This document shows, in pieces, positions 16,062-29,012 of a DNA stretch of 64,000 nt (the stretch's first letter is position 1; each line of letters begins with the position of its first letter). The translations under genes were made by a program, and so were the position numbers. This stretch comes from the human T2T-CHM13v2.0 reference genome, Homo sapiens. Location of the stretch: the NCBI RefSeq assembly GCF_009914755.1, contig NC_060927.1. The stretch is one strand, 5' to 3'. Under the pieces are notes generated by a model. It saw only the letters and a list, made by a program, of their open reading frames with translations. It had not been told where the DNA came from and did no database searches.

Positions 16062-18312
16062 GTGGCACCTGCTTAAGGAGAAGGAGGCCGGGCTGGGCAG
16101 GAGGATGTGGCACCTGGTAAGGAGAAGGAGGCCGGGCCGGGCAGGAGGATGTGGCACCTGTGTAAGGAGAACGAGGCCGGGCCGGGCAGGAGGATGTGGC
16201 ACCTGGTAAGAAGAAGGAGGCTGGGCCAGGCAGGAGGATGTGGCACCTGGTAAGGAGAAGGAGGCCGGGCTGGGCAGGAGGATGTGGCACCTGGTAAGGA
16301 GAAGGAGGCCGGGCCGGGCAGGAGGAAGTGGCACCTGGTAAGAAGAAGGAGGCTGGGCCAGGCAGGAGGATGTGGCACCTGGTAAGGAGAAGGAGGCCGG
16401 GCTGGGCAGGAGGATGTGGCACCTGGTAAGGAGAAGGAGGCCGGGCCGGGCAGGAGGATGTGGCACCTGCGTAAGGAGAAGGAGGCCGGGCTGGGCAGGA
16501 GGATGTGGCACCTGGTAAGGAGAAGGGCGGAGGCCAGGCTGGGCAGGAGGATGTGGCACCTGGTAAGGAGAAAGAGGCCGGGCCAGGCAGGAGGATGTGG
16601 CACCCGGTAAGGAGAAGGAGGCTGGGCTAGGCAGGAGGATGTGGCATCTGCATAAGGAGAAGGAGGCCGGGCCGGCAGGAGGATGTGGCACCTGGTAAGG
16701 AGAAGGAGGCCGGGCCAGGCAGGAGGATGTGGCACCTGGTAAGAAGGAGGAGGCCGGGCCAGGCAGGAGGATGTGGCACCTTGTAAGGAGAAGGAGGCCG
16801 GGCCGGGCAGGAGGATGTGGCATCTGTGTAAGGAGAAGGAGGCCAGGCCGGGCAGGAGGATGTGGCACCTGCGTAAGGAGAAGGAGGCCGGGCTGGGCAG
16901 GAGGATGTGGCACCTGGTAAGGAGAAGGAGGCCGGGCTGGGCAGGAGGATGTGGTACCTGGTAAGGAGAAGGAGGCCGGGCAGGAGGATGTGGCACCTGC
17001 ATAAGGAGAAGGAGGCCGGGCCGGGCAGGAGGATGTGGCACCTGGTAAGGAGAAGGAGGCCGGGCAGGAGTATGTGGCACCCGGTAAGGAGAAGGAGGCC
17101 GGGCCGGGCAGAAGGATGTGGCACCTGGTAAGGAGAAGGAGGCCGGGCCGGGCAGGAGGATGTGGCATCTGTGTAAGGAGAAGGAGGCCGGGCCGGGCAG
17201 GAGGATGTGGCACCTGCGTAAGGAGAAGGAGGCCGGGCTGGGCAGGAGGATGTGGCACCTGGTAAGGAGAAGGAGGCCGGGCTGGGCAGGAGGATGTGGC
17301 ACCTGGTAAGGAGAAGGAGGCCGGGCAGGAGGATGTGGCACCTGCGTAAGGAGAAGGAGGCCGGGCCGGGCAGGAGGATGTGGCACCTGGTAAGGAGAAG
17401 GGCGGAGGCCAGGCTGAGCAGGAGGATGTGGCACCTGGTAAGGAGAAGGGCGGAGGCCAGGCTGGGCAGGAGGATGTGGCACCTCGTAAGGAGAAGGGCG
17501 GAGGCCAGGCTGGGCAGGAGGATGTGGCACCTGGTAAGGAGAAGGGCGGAGGCCAGGCTGGGCAGGAGGATGTGGCACCTGGTAAGGAGAACGGCGGAGG
17601 CCAGGCTGAGCAGGAGGATGTGGCACCTTGTAAGGAGAAGGGCGGAGGCCAGGCTGAGCAGGAGGATGTGGCACCTGGTAAGGAGAAGGGCGGAGGCCAG
17701 GCTGGGCAGGAGGATGTGGCACCTGGTAAGGAGAAGGGCGGAGGCCAGGCTGGGCGGAGGATGTGGCACCTGGTAAGGAGAAGGAGGCCGGGCCGGGCAG
17801 GAGGATGTGGCATCTGCGTAAGGAGAAGGGCGGAGGCCGGGCTGAGCAGGAGGATGTGGCACCTGTGTAAGGAAAAGGAGGCCGGGCTGGGCAGGAGGAT
17901 GTGGCACCTGCGTAAGGAGAAGGAGGCCGGGCTGGGCAGGAGGATGTGGCACCTGCGTAAGGAGAAGGAGGCCGGGCTGGGCAGGAGGATGTGGCACCTG
18001 CGTAAGGAGAAGGAGGCCGGGCTGGGCAGGAGGATGTGGCACCTGCGTAAGGAGAAGGAGGCCGGGCTGGGCAGGAGGATGTGGCACCTGCGTAAGGAGA
18101 AGGAGGCCGGGCTGGGCAGGAGGATGCGGCACCTGCGTAAGGAGAAGGAGGCCGGGCTGGGCAGGAGGATGTGGCACCTGCGTAAGGAGAAGGAGGCCGG
18201 GCTGGGCAGGAGGATGTGGCACCTGCGTAAGGAGAAGGAGGCCGGGCTGGGCAGGAGGATGTGGCACCTGTGTAAGAAGAAGGAGGCCGGGCTGGGCAGG
18301 AGGATGTGGCAC
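16062..18312. repeat. G-rich VNTR with 44/45/48-bp unit variants (gtggcacctg[c]gtaaggagaaggaggccgggctgggcaggaggat), ~50 copies
   Basis: Tandem units over 2.25 kb; source of the long minus-strand pseudo-ORFs. Confidence 0.97.
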
Positions 18313-19608
18313 AGCTGACACAGCCACAAAGCTCCTGCCCATGGGGCGCTCTGAGGGGCAGACTGCCTGTTGGCGGAGTCTTGTGGGGTGGAAATGGTGA
18401 GGTCACTGTGATGCCACTTTGCTTAGTCATCGGCCACAGGGTCACCTGGAGAAGAGCATGAGCTCAGCATAAAAGCAAGGCCCACCCTGCAGGGGCCAGC
18501 AGCTGGGAGCTGTCCACTAACCACTATCCTTGCAGCTGGACAGCGAGGCCCCTCCAAAAGGCCGTCTCCACCTGCCACCGGGAAAGGACCCGGAGCGAAG
18601 GATGTCGTGGGCGGTCAGCCCAGGTGATTGCCCTTCTTTTGCTTTGGAGCCAGGCAGAACAGAGCTCAAATTCCAGCTTTGGGACAGTGTGTGGCCCAGA
18701 AGGCTGTAACTGCGGAGTTAACACTCTCCAGTTTCCCTAGATGGCCCGACCTGGCCGGTGACTCGGGGATGATGAAGCTCCTGGAGCCTCAGCGTGCTCA
18801 CTTGAGAGGTAGGGCAGCGCTTTGTACTTCACAGGGCCATGGGGACAGGCTCAGGGCCTGGCACTCTAGTGACCGGCTTCATGCTGGGTCACTGACTAGG
18901 GAATCCACACACCTTTTTAGTCCAGACTGAGTAGGTAAATCAGACTTAATAAACATCCAGCTTCCTGCTCGAGCTCAGCCTAGTTGTCCTAAGTCTGACA
19001 AGATTGAACTTTATTCACAGCACGAGGCATAAATGATATAAAGGTAAGCAATTTTAGGGGACCCAAAAAACTAGGGACTCCTACTTGGGTAGCTTAGAAG
19101 GGGAATCTCTCTTGGAGATCCTGGCTTTGCTGCCTCAAACCCAGCTGTCTCTTCAAGCCAAGTCTGGGAGAATCTCATGATCTTATCCTTGCTCCAATTT
19201 ACTTACACCCCACATCCACACTAAGCTCTTCCTGCCTCCCGTGGAATATTAACTTACACCTGACTTCAGACTCCTGCCCCTATGCAGACCCAGCAGTATG
19301 CGGGCCTAGGAGGTTTTTCGGCCACAAGGAACTAGAGAAGCCACTCATTTTGTCCCCTCTCATTCACCCCATTCTGTCCCCATCGGATGCCTTGGGAGGA
19401 GAGAAGGAAGGACAAATGGGTGTCCCGTGACCCAACCCAGATGAAGACAGAGCCATTTATCACAGAGACCCAGACGCATCCTAACTCTGGAAAATGGGCA
19501 TATTGAGGGGAGCTGGAAAGCAGAAGGGAAACGGGCGTGGGCAGGGAAGAGGTGAACAGGAGTGCGCACGCCCAGTTCTCCAGGATCTCACGCTCCTAAT
19601 CAGGATCC

Positions 19609-19613
19609 TATAA
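19609..19613 (+). promoter_or_regulatory. MUC4: TATAA box of the MUC4 distal promoter
   Basis: tataa lies ~2.67 kb upstream of the ATG, matching my recollection of the described distal TATA promoter (about -2672/-2668). Confidence 0.7.
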
Positions 19614-19744
19614 GACTCAAAGGGGACGCAGGAAAGACCTGGGCCTGGAAATTCACTTCCGGACTCCTCCTGTATCCTGGCTGGCCCTCGTTTGTGTCTC
19701 CCTCCAGGGATGATGCCCGGATGGAAGGAGGAGCCACGTTCCTC

Positions 19745-19817
19745 CACAGGTGTCCTCCACAACAGGTGTCCTCACAACAGGTGTCGTAACAACAGGTGTC
19801 CTCACAACAGGTGTCCT
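19745..19817. repeat. 15-bp repeat (acaacaggtgtcctc) x5, each with a CAGGTG E-box
   Basis: caggtg at 19747, 19763, 19778, 19793, 19808. Confidence 0.88.
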
Positions 19818-19859
19818 AATACTCCCGCAGCCCCTCAGCATCTACAGGCTCACTCCCAC

Positions 19860-19980
19860 CCTACAACCTTTCAGATAGGTGTTATCCCCATTTTACAGGT
19901 GAACGAGGAAAACAGCTCGAAGAGGCTGTGACTTTGTGGTGACGCGGTGGCAGAGCTGGGATCAAGCCCGGGTTTGTAAC
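19860..19980 (+). mobile_element. MIR fragment
   Basis: ttatccccattttacaggtgaacgaggaaa...gtggcagagctgggatcaagccc. Confidence 0.7.
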
Positions 19981-20164
19981 GCCCTCCTGGAGTCTCGGCC
20001 GTCACAGCAGCTTCCGGAGAGCGCTGTGTGCCTCTGGCCTTCCTGGCATGGGAAAGAGGTCAGCTACCTGTGTTCGGTCAACAAGATGTCCAGCGCTTAG
20101 TTTGGTCTCACCTGGATGCTCCTTTCTCCTCTAGAGATGGAAAACTGTTGTCCTGAAAGCGTCA

Positions 20165-20998
<834 letters not shown>

Positions 20999-21361
20999 TC
21001 AAGTCTTGAGGAATCAGAAGCAGAGATTCACACTGTGGCAAAGAGGGGAGCGGAGGTATCCCCGTTTTCCTTTGCAGAGAGCTACACCAACTGCCCTCTT
21101 CGTCTTTACAACCCTACTTGGGGTCCCTTTCCCTCCTCGCTTGTGCCTGTGAGTTCCAAGAGGTGGAACTGGGGTGAGCAGAGCCCCCAGGTCTCCAGGA
21201 GCAGCTCCACCTCCTCACAGGTTACAGTCGCTTCCTCCTACCGAGGTTCTGCCTTCAACCCACTGCCCATGCCAGCTCCCTCAGGCCAGTCTCCCAGACT
21301 GTCCCTGGCTCCCTGCACCCTGGCTCCAGCTCCCTGCCCTGGAAAGAAGAAGTCCACCATC

Positions 21362-21685
21362 TGGTGAGGGTCTGCCACGCATCTGGGGTCTGCCATGCGT
21401 CTGCACTGAGGTTCTGCCACGAGTCTGCACTGAGGTTCTGCCATGCGTCTGGAGTCTGCCACGCGTCTGGGGTCTGCCACGCGTCTGGAGTCTGCCATGG
21501 GTCTGGGGTCTGCCATGTGTCTGGGATCTGCCGTGCGTCTGGGGTCTGCCACGCATCTGCACTGAGGTTCTGCCACGCGTCTGGGGTCTGCCATGCGTCT
21601 GCACTGAGGTTCTGCCACGCGTCTGGGGTCTGCCACGCGTCTGGGGTCTGCCACGCGTCTGGGGTCTGCCACGCGCCTGCACTGA
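21362..21685. repeat. CpG-rich 18/24-bp minisatellite (ggggtctgccacgcgtct / gcactgaggttctgccacgcgtct)
   Basis: ~16 interleaved units, 0.6-0.9 kb upstream of the ATG. Confidence 0.92.
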
Positions 21686-21899
21686 GCAGATATTCCAAGC
21701 ACACCACCCCTTTCCAAAAGACGGCATACAGTGCATTTCTGTTCCTGCCCCTCACCCACATGGTTCCCCGCTTCCCAATTCCTTGGGGTCTGCTTAAGTC
21801 TCACTCTCTTTCCCCCATTCATACAGCCCCAAGGTCGCTCCCTCTGGGGCCCTTTCTTCCCCATTCTTCCCAGCAGCCCAAAGCTCTGGTGGGACAGGG

Positions 21900-22281
21900 G
21901 CAGCCCCTGGGGAGGGAGGAGAGGACCCAGGAACCCGGCTAGGAGGGTGGCCCACCCATTTCCAGTGTGACCTGTTCCCATTCCCCCATGTCTCCTCCCA
22001 TCCCTCCCGCCACTCAGCTCAGGCTGATGAGAAGCAGAGCAACGGGTGTATCGGTGTTTTCTTTCCTGGTGGGGTAGTGGGGTGGGGCTGAGGAGAGAAA
22101 AGGGTGATTAGCGTGGGGCCCCGCCCTCTTTTGTCCTCTTCCCAGGTTCCCTGGCCCCTTCGGAGAAACGCACTTGGTTCGGGCCAGCCGCCTGAGGGGA
22201 CGGGCTCACGTCTGCTCCTCACACTGCAGCTGCTGGGCCGTGGAGCTTCCCCAGGGAGCCAGGGGGACTTTTGCCGCAGCC
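21900..22281 (+). promoter_or_regulatory. MUC4: MUC4 proximal TATA-less GC-rich promoter / 5'UTR
   Basis: GT/CACCC boxes (ggggtggggc ~22079) and a GC box (ccccgccc ~22119) directly upstream of the ATG; Kozak context gcagccATG. Confidence 0.7.
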
Positions 22282-22363
22282 ATGAAGGGGGCACGCTGGA
22301 GGAGGGTCCCCTGGGTGTCCCTGAGCTGCCTGTGTCTCTGCCTCCTTCCGCATGTGGTCCCAG
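22282..22363 (+). CDS. MUC4: Mucin-4 exon 1 coding part (signal peptide)
   Basis: MKGARWRRVPWVSLSCLCLCLLPHVVPG; 82 nt; phase-1 donor CAG|gtaagt at 22364. Confidence 0.98.
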
Positions 22364-22429
22364 GTAAGTGATGGAGACAGCAGATGAGGCTGGCTGCGGG
22401 GAGCACTTGGGGGAGGTGGGAGCTGTCAG

Positions 22430-22625
22430 AGAAAGAGGTCCGGGGAGACAGAGAGAGAGAGAGAGAGAATAGGGGAAAGGGAGACAGCGAAGAGGAAGAG
22501 AAGGGAGAGAAAAAGAGGGAGAGGGAAAGGAGAAAGAGATGAATGGGACAACATGGGGGGAAGGTGGAGAGAGACCCAGAGAGGGAAAGAAGAGGAAGAG
22601 AAGAGGGAGAGAGAAAGAAGAGTGG
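22430..22625. repeat. GA-rich low-complexity tract
   Basis: (ga)n and near purine-only runs. Confidence 0.8.
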
Positions 22626-22626
22626 A

Positions 22627-23257
<631 letters not shown>

Positions 23258-25582
23258 TCATGTAAAGCTGCAGGGTGAGAGGACGAGACAGGTGAGACGC
23301 AGACAAACTGAGGACCCTGGGAATGGAGAGAGGAGAAGATCGGGAGACAGCAGCAAGCAAGGGAAGCGACAAGGAGGAGAGGGGCAGGCCGGCCGGGAGG
23401 GTGGTGCGGAGGAGGCGGCCAGGGCGCAGAGGGCCGGGAGGTGCTGGCCGTGGGCTTCTTACCTCTGAGCTCGGGTTTAAAAGCCTCCATTTGGGTCACG
23501 GCCTTGCCTGGGGCTCGTAGCCCCGGCATTGGCCTTGGGCTCCTCCGTGTACAGAGCCGGGAGGGGAGGGATGCCAGGCCTGTGGGAGATGTTCCCTCGG
23601 GGGCCCCCGTCCTCTTCCCCACACTTTCCAGGCTGTCCCTCTGGCTTCAGGACCAAGTTTTATTCTGTGTTTCTGGGTGTCTGAGTCTTTGGGGGAGAGT
23701 CTGGGGTCCAGAGTTCAAGCTGGGGTTAGAGTCTCAGCTCCTGCCCTGCCTCTCAGCAGGCTAAGAACAGTCGCCGAGGGAAAATATTTCTTGGGCGCAT
23801 ATTTGAGGAGCTTCCTGGGAGTGAGTCAGAAGGCGAATGCCGTTTAAAGGCTGCAAGAGAAGCCATGCTGGTGAAGCGGACCCTTCCACCTCGGGATGTT
23901 TCAGGACTAGGCTGAGGGCAAAGGAAACTGCCACCACCTCCCTACACCTCCCCACCCTCCAGCACCCCCACCCCACCCTGGCCACACAACCCCGCTCCAG
24001 TGCTCATCCCACCGTGAGGACGTGGAGGCCGGAAGGAGCCGCCACACGGCCCTGCCCTGCAGATGTGGTTGAAGGAGTCTCCACGGGAATCATGACTCCC
24101 AGAGCGAGGCTGGGGCTTGGGGCGCCGGGGAGGCAGCTTGGATTTAGGAGCCCCAGTGCCAAGTCTTTGCCGTGAACTGTTCTGGCCCCTGTGACCAGGC
24201 CCTGCCCCGTGTCTCCCCAGGGCCCCGGTCCCCTGTGTAAAAAGCAGTGGTGAACGGTTGGACCTCCTGACGCCCAAGTTCTTGAGTTTCCAAATCTGTG
24301 ATTTAAAGCTGAGCCCAAATGTGCTGGGTACCAGCTGGACACTCAGCTCCATGTGGAGCCAGGAAGTGGGGTCTGTGGAGAGGAGCGCAGAGGGGCAAGA
24401 CCTGGGGTGGGCGTGGAAAAGCACGGGGGCGTGACCCGGAGAAGGAGTGAAGGACTGTTGGTGTGCAAGGGCGTCTCCGTGACGACCCGAAGAAGCTAGG
24501 CATGTCGTGGAGCGCTGAGTCCTTTGCGTCGCTAAGGGGACCAAGTGGAGCTGGGCCAGGAGAGGAGATGGTCGTGGCTGGGAGATGGCACCCACACATC
24601 TGACCGGGCATGACCAGGGCCTTGGCAGGAAAAGCAGTCACCAAGGGCGGGTGGGCAGCCCCCACCCCCACAGGGCAGCTGCTGGAGGACTGGCAGCCAG
24701 CCAGCCCCGTTCCTTTTGGCTCCCTGAAGGGGTTTACAGATGACCTGCCTATACTTGAGTCTAGGGTCTGTTTGCACACTTGCCGGCAGGACCCTCACCC
24801 AGGCTGGGTCACACTGAAGCCCAGGCCAGAGGAAAAACACAGGGTTTCCACAAAGGAGCTGCCGCAATGAGGGTTTCCTTAAGGAACAGCCCTGGCTCTC
24901 AAGGGTTAAAGGATAAGACACAGCAGACAGAGGTGGGCTAGACAAGGACAGATGGAAATTTGGTGTCTACTGGTCGCCCCAGGCAGGAATGACTCAGAAG
25001 GAAGCCTGGCCGTCCTGGTTCCATGCCACAGGGAAAGGCAACTGGGTCGAAATAGGCCTTGGTCTCCAGCACTATCAGTGACCCCAGGGAGGTGACAGGC
25101 TGGAGCAAGTGCAGGGCAGGCAGGGGAGGGGACGCCGGCCACAGCGCACTCCACGGGGAAGGGTCTTTATGGGCCCCTCCTCGGAGAACCCCCGGTCTAT
25201 CTGTCAGTCTGGGACAGGCCACCTCAACTTGCCACCGAGGACACCAAAACTCTCCACAGACCCCTCTGCCCCTCTGGGAAACCCCACTGTGCTCCAGGAC
25301 ACTCAAAAGGAAAGGATCCCTGGACAAGAGGTCCTGCCAGGAAAATCAGCCAAATTTTGGCCAACGACCAGCAAGGTGCACAGGGAAGAGCAGGGGCTGA
25401 AACTCAGAGGTCCAGCATCAGCGACGCCCTTGGCAGCCCAGGGAACACAGGCAACGCCTTTTGGCTCTGGAGTCTTAGGCTCTTCATCGGCGAACTGAGC
25501 CCAGGGGGAAGGGGCTACTATGTAGGGTTGTCATGAGGATGAAACGAGACAGCATCTGGTGTAAAGTAGAAAAGGCATAAAG

Positions 25583-25860
<278 letters not shown>

Positions 25861-26523
25861 AAGCCATAAAGACGTGTTTGAGAAAGAGGCCTGGGAAGAC
25901 GGGGGAAGGAGGGTGATTGAACCCGGAATGGCACTTGTGTCGGCCCAGGGTCATATCCCTTCATCTAAGGATCCTCGTGCCTCTAAAAAGCCACCCCGTG
26001 CTTCCTGTGGGTTTGCAAGGGCTGGCTTGGTGTATTCAGAATGTGGCTTGCTGCATGAACGGACCCCGAGGGCCATGGCCCTAGAGCAGGGGCTCGCTCC
26101 AGCGGACAGCTCTGCCTCACCGCTCCCTGCCTGTGAGTCCCGCCACGCCCTTGGTTTCTGGGCTCAGCCGTGGAGGCAGAGGCTGGCCTGGCAGAGGCTG
26201 GCCTGGCAGTGCTTGACACGCAAGTGATTTGTGTCTTCATTGCTAAGGACAAGAGGCAATGAGAGGACAAGAAGTGGTTGGCCTTTTGTACGCTCAACGG
26301 GTGGTTTTGCTACTCTGTGTCTTTTCTCTGATTTCACGGTGCTGTTAAGTGCTTAAAATATGCACATCGTGTAGCTCACAGAGCCACTTCTCTGAAGGCC
26401 AGGACAGAGACCTTATAGGCTCTCTCTCCCCCTAGTTTCAGCCTTTTACCTTAAATATACGTCTTTCTTACTGCTAGGCTGAGTTCCCGCCCCAGCATGT
26501 TCTGAGAAATTGAGTCAAAATAA

Positions 26524-26898
<375 letters not shown>

Positions 26899-27457
26899 CC
26901 TACTTCATAGAGGTTTAAATGCCTTTTCACCCTTTTCCTGGAGATTCTGAAGAAGTCTCAGGAACTGGGCATTTGTGTTGCACGTGAGGCCTTGCAATGG
27001 CGGCCCTGCTTGGAGAAAGGGCACTGGCCTGGGTTGCCCGCAGCTCCACTCCCCGTGTATGTGTTTAGGGACCACAGAGGACAGACATCGACTCTCTGTA
27101 GAGATGCCGCCCCGCCCAGGTTGCAGTTTAGGTTCCAAAAGTCCAGTGGCCAGTGGATTTTGGGGGAATTTGGAATAAGAAACAGCCTAGACTTTGGAGT
27201 TGTTCATTCACTTGCAGAATTTCTACTCATGCCAGCTGCTCTGGACAGGAAGATGAATGCGTCACAGTTCCTGCTTTTCAAAGCTCTCTAAGTTAAGTGA
27301 CTTGTTTAAGATCATAGAACCCATAAGTGAGGCAGCTGGGACTAGAACCCAGGTCTCCTGACTCACTGCAGCACACAGCCTTTCGGCAATCTCCAAACCA
27401 GCCCAGCCCACCGACGGAGGGAAGAACAGAAGCATTCACACACCCTGCTGAGACAGC

Positions 27458-27900
27458 CATTCATTCATTCATTTGTTAATTAAACCACCATTTAGGAAAC
27501 GCCTGCCTTAAGTTCCTGACATTGTTCTAGGACACAGCACTGGATGCACACAGTGAAGAGTGAAACAGACGTGGCCCAGTCTCTTGGCACTAAAATCTTG
27601 GTGCAGACAGACATCAAATAATTACAGAAATGTTCTCAACTGCACATGTGGTAAATGCAGTGTGGAAAAGTACAGGGTGTGCTGAGAGCTGCATTTCGAA
27701 TGGCCAGAGAGTAGGGGAGGTGCATCTGACTGACAAGTCAGGAAGGGCCCTGTGAGGAACCGTTCTGCGGGGAGCTGAGGCCTGAGGCTGAGGACAGCCA
27801 GGTGGAGAAGGTGCCAGGCCTGAGCAGGCAGAGGCGGAGCTCATGGAGAGGCAGGAAAGAGCTTGGCCCCTTGGAGGACTTGAAAGAGAAGGCAGGTGTT
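27458..27900 (-). mobile_element. L2 3' fragment
   Basis: (cattc)n end, ...gttctagg...acagtga...aaacagac..gg.cc pattern. Confidence 0.6.
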
Positions 27901-27944
27901 AGATCGCGCAGGGCTTTGCAAGCTGTGGAATAGATTATGAATTT

Positions 27945-28244
27945 TATGTTATTTTATTTATTTATATTTTTGAGACAGAGTCTCACTGTGTCACCCAGGC
28001 TGAAGTGCTGTGGCGTTATCTCGGCTCACTGCAACCTCTGCCTCCAGGGTTCAAGGGATACTCGTGCCGAGTAGCTGGGATCACAGGCACATGCCACCAT
28101 GCTCTGCTGATTTTTGTATTTTTAGTAGAAATGGGGTTTTGCCATGTTGGTCAGGCTAGTCTCGAACTCCTGACCTCAAGTGATCTGCTTACCTTGGCCT
28201 CCCAAAGTGCTGGGATTACCAGTGTGAGCCACTGCGCCCGGCCC
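27945..28244 (-). mobile_element. AluS
   Basis: Antisense Alu. Confidence 0.88.
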
Positions 28245-28280
28245 AGATTATGGATTTTGAGTAATTAAAATGACAGACAA

Positions 28281-29012
28281 GGCCAGGCACAGTGACTCAT
28301 GGCTGTCATCCCAGCACTCTGGGAAGCTGAAGCGGGCAGATCACTTGAGGTCAGGAGTTTGAGACCAGACTGGCCAACATGGCAAAACCCCGTCTCTACT
28401 AAAAATACAAAAATTAGCAGGAGATGGTGGTGGGCACCTGTAATCCCAGCTACTCAGGAGGCTGAGGCAGGAGAAGCACTTGATTCCAACTGGGATCACA
28501 GGCACACACCACCACACCAGGACAGCCCGAGGCTAACCACTGTGGAGAGGCAGCCAGGCTCCTGAGGACAGCGCTAGGCTAGGAGGATGTGCCTGCCCCA
28601 GTGGGAGCCAGGAGAGATGGGTGGCAACACCAAGATGGTGGAGACTGGAGATGGCACCTCCGAGAAGGAGGCGTTGGGGAAAAGAGAGTTGAGCTGGCCG
28701 GCGTGCTGTGCTCACAGCCGGATTTTGGTGCTTCTTGGTTTGGTGCTGGAGCTTCTGTGGCGATCACCAGAGTGGCTGGGTGCTGCCACACCAGATGCTG
28801 ACAGAAATGAGGTCAAATGACCGGTGGTGGGATCCATGGGTTGGGGTGTGACTTCGGCGGGGATCGTTGGAAAGAACGGGTAAAGTTCTCGCCTTGGAGT
28901 CCACTGTGAAGGGACTTGAACCTGGGAGGTGGAGGTTACAGTGAGCTGAGATCGCACCACTGCACTCCTGCCTGGGCGACAGAGCGAGACTCCATCTCAA
29001 AAAAAAAAAAAA
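28281..29012 (+). mobile_element. Alu split by a 430-bp insertion (5' part 28281-28483, 3' part 28914-29012)
   Basis: Alu stops at gagaagcacttga and resumes at acttgaacctgggaggtggaggtt. Confidence 0.85.

Noticed and set aside
15804-18445. 841/790/571-aa minus-strand ORFs and a 312-aa plus-strand ORF
   Set aside because: Translations of the 44-48-bp VNTR, shifting between frames as unit length changes.
21174-21981. Cys/His-rich repeat ORFs (CHASGV, WQTPDA)
   Set aside because: Artefacts of the 18/24-bp minisatellite; open in many frames on both strands.
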